Both the position numbers and the translations under genes were made by a program. The notes under the pieces were generated by a model. It made no database searches, was not told where the DNA came from, and saw nothing but the letters and a program-made list of their open reading frames with translations. A stretch of DNA of 64,000 nt, taken from NCBI GenBank assembly GCA_963801665.1, contig CAWDFL010000003.1, forward strand, positions 207,697-271,696. Reading direction: 5' to 3'. The stretch is from an uncultured delta proteobacterium (GTDB lineage Bacteria > Desulfobacterota > Binatia > Binatales > Binataceae). Shown piece by piece: positions 32,201 to 42,221 of the stretch. Position 1 is the stretch's first letter, and the number at the start of each line of letters is the position of its first letter.

Positions 32201-32481
32201 ATGCCGGGGAACGCCGATTTGATCGCGTTATCGTCCGCATACGCCGCGCGCAGAGCGCGATCGATCGCGGCGCGAACGCGAGCGCGCAGCTCCGCGGTCG
32301 CACGCTGCGTGAAGGTGACGGCCAGGATTTGATCGAGCTTCGCTTCTCCGCGAATCAGCAACTCGACAATCAGATGCTCGAGCGTGAAGGTCTTGCCGGT
32401 GCCGGCACTGGCCTCGATCACGCGATGCGCGCCGAGTCCGATTTTGTCGATGACGGCGGGACGGATATAGGCGCCGTTCAT
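29275..32481 (-). CDS. recB: Exodeoxyribonuclease V beta subunit (helicase-nuclease)
   Basis: EASAGTGKT, DEFQDTD, GDPKQAIYSFRGAD, TIHKAKGLE, YVAITRA; nuclease GFVDFVF...ADWKS. Confidence 0.92.
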   Translation of the reverse strand: MNGAYIRPAVIDKIGLGAHRVIEASAGTGKTFTLEHLIVELLIRGEAKLDQILAVTFTQRATAELRARVRAAIDRALRAAYADDNAIKSAFPGIDLIAPLEAALFSFERAPIHTIHSFCQRVLTELAFDTGARFGTEAADGRALFHEAFRAVLREKKISDAEYSEPLEKWIKDSGKSVDDLEKMLFEVNSNHYEPEGGASAASIESRLASRFVRPIREWLRAEKFRRGVIDYDDMLERVHEALANDADGRLAAALRARYRFALIDEFQDTDEVQWAIFRKIFVEGDTRSALYLIGDPKQAIYSFRGADVHAYLRARSTIAAPPNDPIALTRNFRSTAPMIAAVNAILDQNANPPLFSSTIKYQNPVSCGREDLCAKAAGKELIPITLIAAKHDAKYKAAALRRMLACRIAATINAIVNDPASAITVADGAKSGPAVAYGDIFILTNTNAEGIKLAEYLRAEGVPYAFYKREGLFQTDEARDVLDVLRAVAAPNNRSHRLKAWATPFFGVPMRELAKLGEPEPSDPLMARLAKWHGLAKEGEFAELFDALLEESGLAARQLFGAPNLRELTNYEHLFELLLAESLREGWTIADIVDRLAAYVGEYRLPSGEDPNLMRLESERAAVQIMTIHKAKGLEARVVFVFGGFFANTSPRPVKIFHDREGDRQLAIGSEAQRQEKKKIDQDEAEEDQRLLYVAITRARAKLYLPYIPTKLGRDVSGPYKQLNNRLRAMDAAGQLAEPLFETVALEMAPRETDANANSISGWRPPANLLADPSAAKLESELAALAHRCAPLSTLSYTSLHRRAVPELDLSEYKSDLEPTAELPGIASEPGGGAAAGIFLHEVIEKLDLNALAAASDLTTWSALPEVRELFDSVLRRHQVPERERWMIRGPEIVFNTLRSPIAVGAKTIPALARCESSREMEFTFPMPELAHRLLDSGPANDAARWRIERGVYVGFVDFVFRHEARVYFADWKSDLLDSYELESVAEHARNNYILQAKIYTIGVTRLLGIHSEAEYEAAFGGLLYLFIRGITPNGGNRGVYFYHPPWAEVVRAERELMRPFEMGLNR

Positions 32482-35400
32482 TCGCCCCCGTCCTCATCGC
32501 CAAACAGTGATCTGATCGGCCCAAAGCGGCGATTCACCAGATCAAATATTTTCTCCGGGCTGGGCAGTTCGAGCTCGCGCCATCGGCGCAACGGACCGTA
32601 TGCCGAACTGGGCAAACCGAAATCGCCGTCCTGATCACGCATTTCTTCGAGCGCCGAGATCGCTTCCGCCGCGTCGCTGCCCTTTCGGGATAGCCTGACA
32701 ACTTTTTCCGCCGCTTCGATCGGAAGGAAATAGTCGTGCGGGTCGGAAAGCAGATCGCTGACAAGCCTGGTCAGATACTCGACCGCCTGATCCTTTTCCG
32801 GCGCGACGAGCGTTCCGATCCAGGGCGGCAGTTTTTTCTTTTCTGCCGCTGTACCCACAAGGATTGCTCTGAACTCTTTTGGGATTGGTTGACCCGCCGC
32901 CTTGAGCACAATCGCGTTCACGAACAGAGGCAGGAAATGCCGGACTTTGGCGTCCTTGCGTGCTACGCATTGCAACGCCGCGTCGAATCCGGGTGAGAAG
33001 GCTCCGACGCTTCCGTAGAGCCTGACTCGCCGCGAGATAATTTTGCCGGGCGCCGTCCGCACCGGCACTTCGAGTACCAGATAGGGCAGAATCTCTTGCG
33101 ACGATGACGCGTGCTCGTCGGCGCGGCCGATACGAAACTCTTTCCACTCCGACAAGTTGCCGGCCTTTGCCGCCTCTGCGTACTTGCTCCAGCCGCGGAT
33201 CAAATTCAGATCCTGATCGCGCAATGTATCCGCTATTGGACCGGCTGGTGCGCGTCCTTTCATCTGCGCCAGCGCCGCCGCGCGCAGGTATTCGGATTTA
33301 GCGGCGGTATCGCTCGTCGGCAGCTTCCAAAAGACCTCGCGCAAGAGCATCACCTGGTCGAGCCTGGTCATGCCGACCGGTTCGTCCGCGATATCTTCGT
33401 CGGCGTCCTCGTCTTCGCTCATGCCCAGCGCATAGCGGGCGGCTCCCTGCGCGGGACACTCGAGAAATTTTCGTAACGCGGCGACCGGCAGATACAAGTC
33501 GGCGTCGCGCTCGGTGACTTCGGCCGCTTCACTCGTTTTCGGAATTCGCAGATCGGGACGCAGAGCCTCGCGCGCTTCGGGCGAGAGCGCTGCCAAAAGC
33601 TCGCGTGCGTCGAGACGCGCGGCATCATCGGTGTAATGGTCCAGATCTTGGCGTAACGCCGTTATTCGCGCGCCTTGGCGCGCAGCGCTATCGACGCTGA
33701 GCCCGTTGAGCGGCGATACGCCGCCGCCAGGGTCTCCGAAGTAGCCGACATCATAACGGCTGACCGGATGGGCCAGGGTCAAAGCGTCGACCGCGGCTTC
33801 CTTGAGATACGAGCCGAGAATGAGTTGGAGTTCGCGAATGACCGTTGAGGGCTCGAGCGCGTCCCCGGTGTGCGGATCGCGTGCAACGTACGAGAACGCG
33901 ATCCGCTCGCGCGCGGCCAGAATCGATTCGAGGAACATGTACCGATCGCGATCGGTCGGACTCAAGTCGCCGGCATGGCGCCGGATCCCGCGAAGGTCGA
34001 GCGGGTCGCGAGGATCGCGCGCCGGAAAAAACGACTCGCCGAGACCCATCACGAAAATCGCGCGAAAGGGGATCGAGTGCAGCGTGCCCATCGCGCCCGC
34101 TGCTACTCCATGTCCCGCGAAGCGTACCTGGCGCGCGCCGAGCTCATCGATCAGCGCCGACGCCATCGCCTCCGCCACGGCGTAGGAAACCTCAGGGCTT
34201 TCGATTTCCTCCGTACGCATCGCGTCAATAGCAGCCAGGCATCGGTCGCGCATCTGCCGATCTTCGGGCTCGTCGACGATGACATACCGCTCGATCATCC
34301 GCATGAGCAGTTGTGCCCATCGCCTGAGGCTCATCCGCTCGCGCCTGATCGCGTTTGCGTCGGCCAGGAGCGCGCGCGTAGTGCTGACGAACGCCTGCGC
34401 CGCGGGGATTTCGCTCTCGTCGATCTCGAGCGGCAGCAACGCGCCAATTTCCGCCGACTCGAACAGCCGATCGTCGCCGCTGCGTTCGCCCGACATGAAT
34501 GCTCCCAGCGCGAGTCGTTTGAGCGCCTGGTCCCAATTGAAAAGATTGGCCGGAATATAGGTCGCGGCTGGATCGCCTCCATCGGCGCCGAAGAAAACTC
34601 CCAACTCCTCGCACCAGGCATCCCACAGTTCAACGTCGAGCGCCGGGTCGCCGCCATTGAGCGCACGATGCTTCAGCAGGCGCAGCAGATCGGCGCGCGT
34701 AAACCGGCCGAGCGGGAGTTTGAGCAGCAGACTGATCGCTTCGGCGACGCGACTTTGGCGTGCAACGCTGCGTCCACTGATCTCGACCGGGATGCCATGG
34801 ATTCGCGCGAAGACTGCTTCAATATGCGGCGCGTAAACTTCGCATTCGGAGTCTGGAATCAGCACGCCAATCTCATTAAAGCGAAGCGGATTCTTTCCGG
34901 ATGCGCTCCGCTGCAAGAGCCGCCAGATCTCGCTCGCGACAATCTCGACCTCGCGCTGGATTCCGGGGCATGCGAGAAATCGAATGCTCGCCGGCGAAGC
35001 AGCGTCCCGCAGTTCAGCGCCGCGCGAGCGATCCAGGATATCTTGCTGAACACGTGAAAGAAGTGACGCGTCTTTGCCGTCCGGCTGGTCGATGAAGTTC
35101 GATTCGAAATCACAATCGCTGAGCTCGTTGAGCAGGCGGATATATTCGCGGCCGGGCAGGCCCCATAACTCCAGCGCGCGATTGTCGGCGGCAGCAAGGC
35201 CGAATGGATCTTCACTCTTTTCAAGCTCCCCGTCGATCCGGCTTCCGCGATGAACCCAATTCGTCGTGGCATCGCGGCGCGAGGTATTCAGATCTTCCCA
35301 GAACTCGCGGCATGGATTGAGCGCGTAAATCGAAAGCGCGCCGCACTTTCCGAGCCGCGCGAAAATCTCCGCATAAGCTTGCCCCGGCGAGGCGAGTCCG

Positions 35401-36074
35401 AATACGTGGAGTCCGTCGCGCATCGCTTCGGTGAGGGCCGCATCGCTGATTCGCGCGAACGCGCCCGGCAAGAGCATCCAGTCGTGCGCCGCGTCGCCAG
35501 TCCATTGGGGATTTGCGGCGCCGCTTGCGTCGAAGATGATTCGCCATAGAGCTTGTTGCCATTTTTCATTCTCGGCGATTGCGGTGCCGGCTGCCGCCAC
35601 GCGGCCGCCACTCCACCGCGCAAGCATCGTGCAGCGGGAAATCGAGTACTCTTCAAACAGCTTTGCCACACGTCCCGACAACTCGAAGGCTCGCAGCTCC
35701 GCCTCGGGAGTATCGCGCCCGCCGCCCGCGTCGATGTATCGCCACGCGGGTGCAAGTTGCGAGTCAGCCCGATTTTTCAGGCTAATCAGACTGTTGAAGA
35801 TGACGAGCTGAAGTGCGCCCGCGGCGAGCACGCGCAGCCGGGGATTGGCGTTCTGAACAATGTTGGTCAGGTGCGTGCGCAGGAATGGAAAAGCGAGATT
35901 GGCGGCGACTCCCAGACGCTCGGCGGTCTGATACTTCACGAACTGCTCGACGGCCCGGCTCGGTACGACGATCGCGATCTTTCGCAACGGTTTGCGCCGC
36001 TGCTGCTCGGCGATCGAGTCTGCGAGCGGCTCGATCAATCCTTCGAGCCTGTTCGAGTAGTGAAGCTTGAGCAT
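32478..36074 (-). CDS. recC: Exodeoxyribonuclease V gamma subunit
   Basis: YSNRLE start, NPCREFWED, REVE, IPFRAIFVMGL...FP, DRYMFLE; ATGA overlap with recB. Confidence 0.9.
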   Translation of the reverse strand: MLKLHYSNRLEGLIEPLADSIAEQQRRKPLRKIAIVVPSRAVEQFVKYQTAERLGVAANLAFPFLRTHLTNIVQNANPRLRVLAAGALQLVIFNSLISLKNRADSQLAPAWRYIDAGGGRDTPEAELRAFELSGRVAKLFEEYSISRCTMLARWSGGRVAAAGTAIAENEKWQQALWRIIFDASGAANPQWTGDAAHDWMLLPGAFARISDAALTEAMRDGLHVFGLASPGQAYAEIFARLGKCGALSIYALNPCREFWEDLNTSRRDATTNWVHRGSRIDGELEKSEDPFGLAAADNRALELWGLPGREYIRLLNELSDCDFESNFIDQPDGKDASLLSRVQQDILDRSRGAELRDAASPASIRFLACPGIQREVEIVASEIWRLLQRSASGKNPLRFNEIGVLIPDSECEVYAPHIEAVFARIHGIPVEISGRSVARQSRVAEAISLLLKLPLGRFTRADLLRLLKHRALNGGDPALDVELWDAWCEELGVFFGADGGDPAATYIPANLFNWDQALKRLALGAFMSGERSGDDRLFESAEIGALLPLEIDESEIPAAQAFVSTTRALLADANAIRRERMSLRRWAQLLMRMIERYVIVDEPEDRQMRDRCLAAIDAMRTEEIESPEVSYAVAEAMASALIDELGARQVRFAGHGVAAGAMGTLHSIPFRAIFVMGLGESFFPARDPRDPLDLRGIRRHAGDLSPTDRDRYMFLESILAARERIAFSYVARDPHTGDALEPSTVIRELQLILGSYLKEAAVDALTLAHPVSRYDVGYFGDPGGGVSPLNGLSVDSAARQGARITALRQDLDHYTDDAARLDARELLAALSPEAREALRPDLRIPKTSEAAEVTERDADLYLPVAALRKFLECPAQGAARYALGMSEDEDADEDIADEPVGMTRLDQVMLLREVFWKLPTSDTAAKSEYLRAAALAQMKGRAPAGPIADTLRDQDLNLIRGWSKYAEAAKAGNLSEWKEFRIGRADEHASSSQEILPYLVLEVPVRTAPGKIISRRVRLYGSVGAFSPGFDAALQCVARKDAKVRHFLPLFVNAIVLKAAGQPIPKEFRAILVGTAAEKKKLPPWIGTLVAPEKDQAVEYLTRLVSDLLSDPHDYFLPIEAAEKVVRLSRKGSDAAEAISALEEMRDQDGDFGLPSSAYGPLRRWRELELPSPEKIFDLVNRRFGPIRSLFGDEDGGE

Positions 36075-36137
36075 CCCCTTTTTCTCCGCGCGTCAGGCTG
36101 ACGATATGAGTTTCGATCTGCCTCGTCCAACACGCTC

Positions 36138-36186
36138 ATTATATTCGCTTCAAAAGACAGCGGTTGTCTTGGCGAAACGCTATAAT
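36138..36186. promoter_or_regulatory. Symmetric bidirectional promoter/operator between recC and the WYL gene
   Basis: ATTATA(36138-43)-N10-AAGACA(36154-59)-N5-TGTCTT(36165-70)-N10-TATAAT(36181-86). Confidence 0.8.
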
Positions 36187-36213
36187 TGAGATGCTCTCAA
36201 GGAGGGCGCACTG

Positions 36214-37245
36214 ATGGCGGTCAAATCAAGAAAACCAACCTATGAGTCGGGAATCCGTTACGCGCGAATCGCAATGATGCTGACGGAAGAGCCGCTCGGA
36301 GTGCCGCTCCAGAGAATTCAGCGCGAGCTTGGGGTGAGCGGACGCACGGTGGATCGCTATGTGCGCGAGTTCGTGAGGATGCGCGGAAAGCTTGGGCAAG
36401 GAGTCGTCGAGGCGGTGGGCGCCGGACCGAGCCGCAAGCTGCGGTTGGTCGCGCGCCGGGGCGGGCCGAGCTCGAATGTCTACCAGGCGGCGGCGATGTA
36501 CTCGAGCCTGGCGCTGCTGAAATTTCTCGAGGGCACCGTGCTCAAGTCGGGAGTTGACGATATCTGGGAGCGGGTGCGGACCAACCTGCCGCCAGCGTGG
36601 CAGTTCAGGCTCCGCGACTTCAACCGCAAGTTCTACACCGTGCAATACGTTCCCAAGGATTATCGTCCGTACGAAGAGCAGATCGACGTGATTATGCGCG
36701 CGCTGCTCGACGAGAAGCGCCTGCGAATCCATTACGCGTCGATGAACCGAACCGACGGCAGCGATCGCACGCACGATTTCAATCCCTACACTCTGGTTCA
36801 ATATCGCGGCGGACTGTATCTGCTGGGCCGCAGTCATCGCGGCACCGGGATTATCTATTTGGCCGTCGAGCGGATGCGCTCGGTGGAATTCATCAAAGAC
36901 GAGTCCGGCACTGACGAAAGATTCCAGTTGCCCGCATCCTACAATCCGGCGGCCTTCGTGCAGGGAACATTCGGGATCGTCAGCGAGGATCGCGAGACGA
37001 TCGTAGTACTGAAAAGCCTCAGTCCGGAAACGGACGCTCGCCTTGGCGCGCGCACTATTCATCCTTCCCAGCAGCTTTCGGTGGCGCGCGACGGCCGGAC
37101 GCTCTTGCGGCTCAAGCTCAAAGGGACCGCGGAGCTTGCCAACTGGATCATGGCGATGAGCCCGTTTATCAAGGTGCTCGAACCCAAGACCCTCCGCGAC
37201 GAAATCAAAGCCCGGATTCGCGATACCTCCCGCGTCTATGCGTAG
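36214..37245 (+). CDS. wHTH-WYL-WCX transcriptional regulator
   Basis: N-terminal HTH (ELGVSGRTVDRY), WYL core (PYTLVQYRGGLYLLG...AVERM), WCX (ELANWIMAMSPFIKVLEPKTLR); RBS AAGGAGG. Confidence 0.88.
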   Translation: MAVKSRKPTYESGIRYARIAMMLTEEPLGVPLQRIQRELGVSGRTVDRYVREFVRMRGKLGQGVVEAVGAGPSRKLRLVARRGGPSSNVYQAAAMYSSLALLKFLEGTVLKSGVDDIWERVRTNLPPAWQFRLRDFNRKFYTVQYVPKDYRPYEEQIDVIMRALLDEKRLRIHYASMNRTDGSDRTHDFNPYTLVQYRGGLYLLGRSHRGTGIIYLAVERMRSVEFIKDESGTDERFQLPASYNPAAFVQGTFGIVSEDRETIVVLKSLSPETDARLGARTIHPSQQLSVARDGRTLLRLKLKGTAELANWIMAMSPFIKVLEPKTLRDEIKARIRDTSRVYA

Positions 37246-37364
37246 AGGGGTGGCGCGGAGGCTCAGTGATTTCTGATAACATCGCGAGCGCATTCGGGGC
37301 GGCGAGAGGGCGGTCCGTGGCGGCGGATTCACCACGCACTCGGGAGTTATTCAGGAGGGGCGAT

Positions 37365-38501
37365 TTGCACATACGCAATCTTTCGCTTGCGCTACTGATT
37401 GTAGCGGCAATTGCCGGGGAAGTCGGATGCGGTAATCACCCTAAACCCACCACCGAGCCGCCGATCGCGGTAACCGTACGCGCGGTCAGGGAAGCTACGC
37501 AGGCCCATCGCGGCGCATACACCGCGAATCTCCAGCCCTATCGCCAGGTTGGCCTGACGTTTCAGGTTAGCGGCTACGTCGAGACGATCAAGCAAGTTGC
37601 GGGAGCGGGAGGACGCACCCGCGATATCCAGGGCGGCGATCCTGTGAAAAATGGCGAGTTGCTCGCGACGATCCAGACCGGACCCTATCAGCAGCAGGTC
37701 AATCAGGCCGCCTCGGTGCTGGTCAATGCGGAAGCGACCTATGCGAAGGCAAAGGCCGACTACGATCGCAATAGCGCCCTGTTCAAGGAAAAGATCATCG
37801 CGCAACGCGACTATGACAATGCCGTTCAACAGTACCGATCTTCCGATGCGCAGGTGAAGCAGTCCGAGGCCTCGCTCAAGCAGGCGCAGATCAATCTCGG
37901 TTACTGCAAGCTGACCTCGCCGATGGACGCCGTGATGCTGAGCCGCGGAATCGAAATCGGCTCGCTGGTCGGCCCGAGTGTCGTCGCGTTTCAGATTGCC
38001 GACACGACCGAGATGAAGGCGATCTTCGCAGTCTCGGATATAGAAGTGGGCCAGTTGAAACAGGGGCAAGCACAGACCCTGCGCAGTGAAGCGCTGCCGG
38101 GTGTGCAGCTCGAAGGACAAATCACGCGGATTGCGCAAAGCGCCGACCCGAACACGCGTACCTTCGATGTCGAGCTCACGATCCCGAACAAGGACGGCCG
38201 CTTGCGCGTCGGGATGATCGCGTCGCTCAAGCTCGCCAATGGCGCGTCCGCGCCGGCCGCGACCGCAGCGACGGTTCCAATAAATGCAGTCGTGCGGCCG
38301 CCCGAGGATCAGAGCGGCTATGCCGTATTCGTCGCCAGCGAAGAGGGCGGCAAGACGGTCGCGCGGATGCGCAAGGTGCGGCTGGGCGATATCGTCGGCA
38401 ACGAAATCGCGGTTAACTCCGGAGTCGCGATTGGCGACCGCGTGATCGTGCGCGGCGCCACGATGGTTACCGACGGCCAGGAAATCCGGATCATCCCGTA
38501 A
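37365..38501 (+). CDS. RND efflux periplasmic adaptor subunit
   Basis: Lipoyl-hairpin pattern FQVSGYV...LTSPMDA, DPNTRTFDVE, LRVGM; TTG start after GGAGGGG. Confidence 0.88.
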   Translation: MHIRNLSLALLIVAAIAGEVGCGNHPKPTTEPPIAVTVRAVREATQAHRGAYTANLQPYRQVGLTFQVSGYVETIKQVAGAGGRTRDIQGGDPVKNGELLATIQTGPYQQQVNQAASVLVNAEATYAKAKADYDRNSALFKEKIIAQRDYDNAVQQYRSSDAQVKQSEASLKQAQINLGYCKLTSPMDAVMLSRGIEIGSLVGPSVVAFQIADTTEMKAIFAVSDIEVGQLKQGQAQTLRSEALPGVQLEGQITRIAQSADPNTRTFDVELTIPNKDGRLRVGMIASLKLANGASAPAATAATVPINAVVRPPEDQSGYAVFVASEEGGKTVARMRKVRLGDIVGNEIAVNSGVAIGDRVIVRGATMVTDGQEIRIIP

Positions 38502-41500
38502 TGGCACATCGCAGCGACGAAGAAATAATCCGCACGACCCATAACACCGCGCGGTTTTTTGTAGAGAATCGCGCAATCTCGTGGGTGCTGCTGGCCGCCG
38601 TGGTCGCGTGGGGCATTTACGGCTACCTGCACATGCCCAAGCGCAAGGATCCGGATATTCCCGTGCGCCAGGCGCTCGCCGTATGCCCGTGGCCGGGAGT
38701 CAGCGCCGAGAAAATCGAGCAGACGGTTACGCGCAAGATGGAGGAGAAGATCGCGACCAACTCTTACATCCATCCCGCCGGCGCCGGGACCGACTACGGA
38801 ATCAGGTCGCTGACGCTCGACGGGATCGCAATCGTTTATATTCAGCTCACTGAAAACGTCGGCGATACCGAAAAGCAATTCAACGACATCAATCTCAAGC
38901 TCGCCAGTATCCGCGATCTGCCCAGCGGCGCCGGCCCGATCCAGTTCCAGAGCGATTTCGGCGACACCGCGGCGTTGATGCTGACCGTCGCGAGCCCCAA
39001 GGTGAACGAGGTCGAGATCGCTCTGCGCGCGCGCGAGGTTCGCGCCGCTATCGAGAAAGCGCGCGCGAGCGCCGCGCCGGACTCGAAATCCAATCGTATC
39101 TCGCTAGTGACGATCTTTCCGCCGACGATGCCTGCCGAGTCGGTGACGCGGGTGCGCGACGCGCTGTCGCGTTATCTGGCGGAGCATCACGCGGCGGCCG
39201 ATATTCGCCCTCTCGACGGATCGGGTTTCTCGGGCCTCGACGCGGCACAGCCTGCGGGCGCCGACCTGGTGAAATCGGCGACTGCCTATATCAACTCCCA
39301 GGTCGGGACCTCGATGTTCGAGGCGTTTCATCCCGACGCGTGGCCGCCGGTGGCGATCGTGGATCCCGCCAAGACCGAGGCGATTCTCGAAGCCTCGGCG
39401 GGTGACAAGTACACCTACCGTGATCTCAAGCGCTACACCGATCTGATCTCGCGGGCTCTGGAAGCGGTTCCCGAACGTCGAGAAGATCTCGCGCACCGGC
39501 ATTCTGCCGGAATGGGTCAACCTGGTCTACTCGCAAGAGCGGCTTGCGTCCTATGGTTTCACGCCGAGCAAGCTCTCGCAGATTTTGTCGTCGCGCAACA
39601 TCACGCAGTCGGCCGGGATGATCAACGCGGCCGGCACCGACGTGACGCTGCATCCGAGCGGCGAATTTACCGACGCGCAGGAGATCGGCGACGTGATTCT
39701 CGGCAAGTCGGAATCCGGATCGCCGTTCTACCTGCGCGATCTGGCGGATATCTCGCGCGGGTACCAGGCGCCGCCGCGGCTCCTGAATTTCTATACCTGG
39801 AAGACTGCCGACGGGCACTGGAACCGCGGACGCGCGATCACGATCGCGGTATTTATGCGCTCGGGCGAGCAGATAAGCGCGTTCGGTGCGGCAGTCGACA
39901 AGGCGATTGCCGGGCTTAAGACCCGCCTGCCCGAGGACCTCGTCGTCGCGCGCACCTCGGATCAGCCGCTCCAGGTTCGCGAAAATGTGCACCTGTTCAT
40001 CGGTGCGCTGTACGAGGCGATCGCGCTGGTGGTCGTCATCGCGCTGATCGGCTTCTGGGATTGGCGCGCGGCGCTGCTGATCGCGCTATCGATTCCGCTC
40101 ACGCTCGCGATGACGTTCGGCATGATGTACATCCTCGGCATCGATCTCCAGCAGGTGTCGATCGCGACGTTGATCATCGCGCTCGGACTGTTGGTGGACG
40201 ATCCTGTGGTGGCGGGCGACGCGATTAAGCACGATCTGGGTCTTGGGCATCCGGCGGAAGTCGCGTCGTGGCTTGGGCCGACCAAGCTCGAACGCGCAAT
40301 CCTGTTCTCGACCATCACCAACATCGTTGCTTATTTGCCGTTTCTGTTGCTCTCGGGCGACACCGGGAACTTTCTCTACAGCCTGCCGATCGTGATGACC
40401 TGCGCACTGGTCGCGTCGCGGATCATCTCGATGACTTTTATTCCGCAACTCGGTTACTACCTGATGCGGCCCGGAAAACCGCTGCCGCCGATCGAGTATC
40501 GGCGCACCCACGGCGCCACCGGCGTGTACTACCGGATTGGGCACTACGCATTGGAGCATCGCAAGACCTTTGTCGCGTGCTCGATGCTGTTTCTGATCGC
40601 GGGGTTTCTGGTCGCGAAGCAATTGCGCAGCGCGTACTTTCCCGAAGACGTTCAGTACCTGTCGTATATCGACGTATGGCTTCCCAACGGCGCGGCGATT
40701 TCCGAGACCGACGCGACCGTGAAAAAAGTCGCGGCGGTGGTGCGAGGCGCGGCCGCTGAATACGGCAAGGAACATCCCGAGCACGGACATCCGCGCACGA
40801 TCCTGAAATCGATCACCAGCTTTGTCGGCGGTGGTGGGCCGCGCTTCTGGTTTTCCGTTTCACCGGAATCGCCGCAGGCAAACTACGCGCAGTTGATCCT
40901 CGAGATCGAAAATAAGGAAGACATGCCGAAGTTCGTCGGCCCGCTCCAGAATCTCATCTCGAAGGAAGTTCCCGGCGCGTACGTTGACGTGTGCCAGCTG
41001 CTGACCAATCCGGTGCGCTATCCAATCGAGGTGCACATCTTTGGCCAGGCCGATATCGATCCGGCGCGCGAACAGGCGGACATCGAGACGCTTCAGCAGA
41101 TCGCCAACCAGGCCGAGGCGGTGCTGCGCTCGGTTCCCGGCGCACGGCGCATCCGCACTGACTGGATGGCCGAGAGTCCGGTCATCAATCTGCCGATAAA
41201 TCCCGATCGCGCGAATCTGGCCGGCGTCACCAATCAGGACATCGCCAATTCCGCCGCCGCGGGCCTTTCCGGAGCGCAGGTGGGAACGCTGATCAGCGGC
41301 GACCTGCGCATCCCGATCGTCGCGCGCCTGCGGCAGGAGGAGCGCGCCCAGCTTTCAGATTTGGGAAGTCTTTACATCTACGCGTCGCAAGGAAACGGGC
41401 GGGTTCCGATCCAGGCGGTTGCGCCAATCGTGTTTCGATTGTCGCCCGAACGGATTGTCCGCCGCGATCACTTTCGCACGATCTCCGTGATCGCCTATCC

Positions 41501-42155
41501 AGCTCCCGGGGTGCTTCCGTCGGAAGTTATGAAGATCGCGACGCCGAAGCTCAAAGAGATCGCGAGCCATTTGCCGCCCGGCTACCGGCTCGAGATCGGC
41601 GGCGAGCAGGCCAAGCAGAGCGAAGGCTTTGGCGAGTTGGCGGTGGTGCTGTTGATCTCGGTCGTGCTGATCTTCGTCGCGCTGGTGGTGCAGTTCAACA
41701 ATCTCGTAAAGCCGTGGCTGGTGTTCGTGGCGGTGCCGTATGGCGCGGTCGGCGCGGTCGCCGCGCTTTGGATCATGGGCGCGCCGTTCGGCTTCATGGC
41801 ATTTTTGGGCATCGCGAGCCTGGTCGGCGTGATCGTCAGCCACGTAATCGTGCTGTTCGAGTTTATCGAAGAGCGCCGCGAGATGGGCGAGGAACTGATC
41901 CAGGGATTGCTCGACGCGGGAATCGAGCGCCTGCGTCCGGTGATGGTGACCGTGGGCGCGACTCTGCTGGCGTTGTTTCCGCTGGCGCTGCACGGCGGCC
42001 CGCTATGGCAGCCGCTGTGCTACGCGCAGATCGGCGGGCTCGCGCTCGCGACGGTGATCGAGCTGATCCTGGTCAAATCGTTCTATGCGATTTTCGTCGC
42101 CGATCTCGGAATCCTGAAATGGGCGCCGCACGCCGCCTCCAGCAAGGAACCTTAA
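38501..42155 (+). CDS. RND efflux permease (AcrB family), frameshift near 39471
   Basis: WPGVSAEKIEQ, ALGLLVDD, RLRPVMVT; split over ORFs 38501..39919 and 39585..42155. Confidence 0.88.
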
Positions 42156-42184
42156 ACGAGCTTCGGATCAAATTCTGCGTGCTC

Positions 42185-42221
42185 TTGACATAATTTGATA
42201 TTTCTATATAGATGGAAATAT
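42185..42221 (+). promoter_or_regulatory. ars promoter (-35 TTGACA) and ArsR operator dyad
   Basis: TTGACA at 42185-90; ATATTTC(42198-204)/GAAATAT(42215-21) inverted repeat overlapping the start codon. Confidence 0.65.

Noticed and set aside
30412-32634. 740-aa plus-strand ORF and other long antisense ORFs (e.g. 15157-16701, 17232-18779, 51762-53249)
   Set aside because: Shadow frames opposite well-supported genes, expected at high GC, with no motifs
27260-36074. recCBD as a misannotated AddAB or a known helicase-nuclease defence system
   Set aside because: Three subunits with RecC-, RecB- and RecD-specific motifs in canonical order; only the regulation looks unusual
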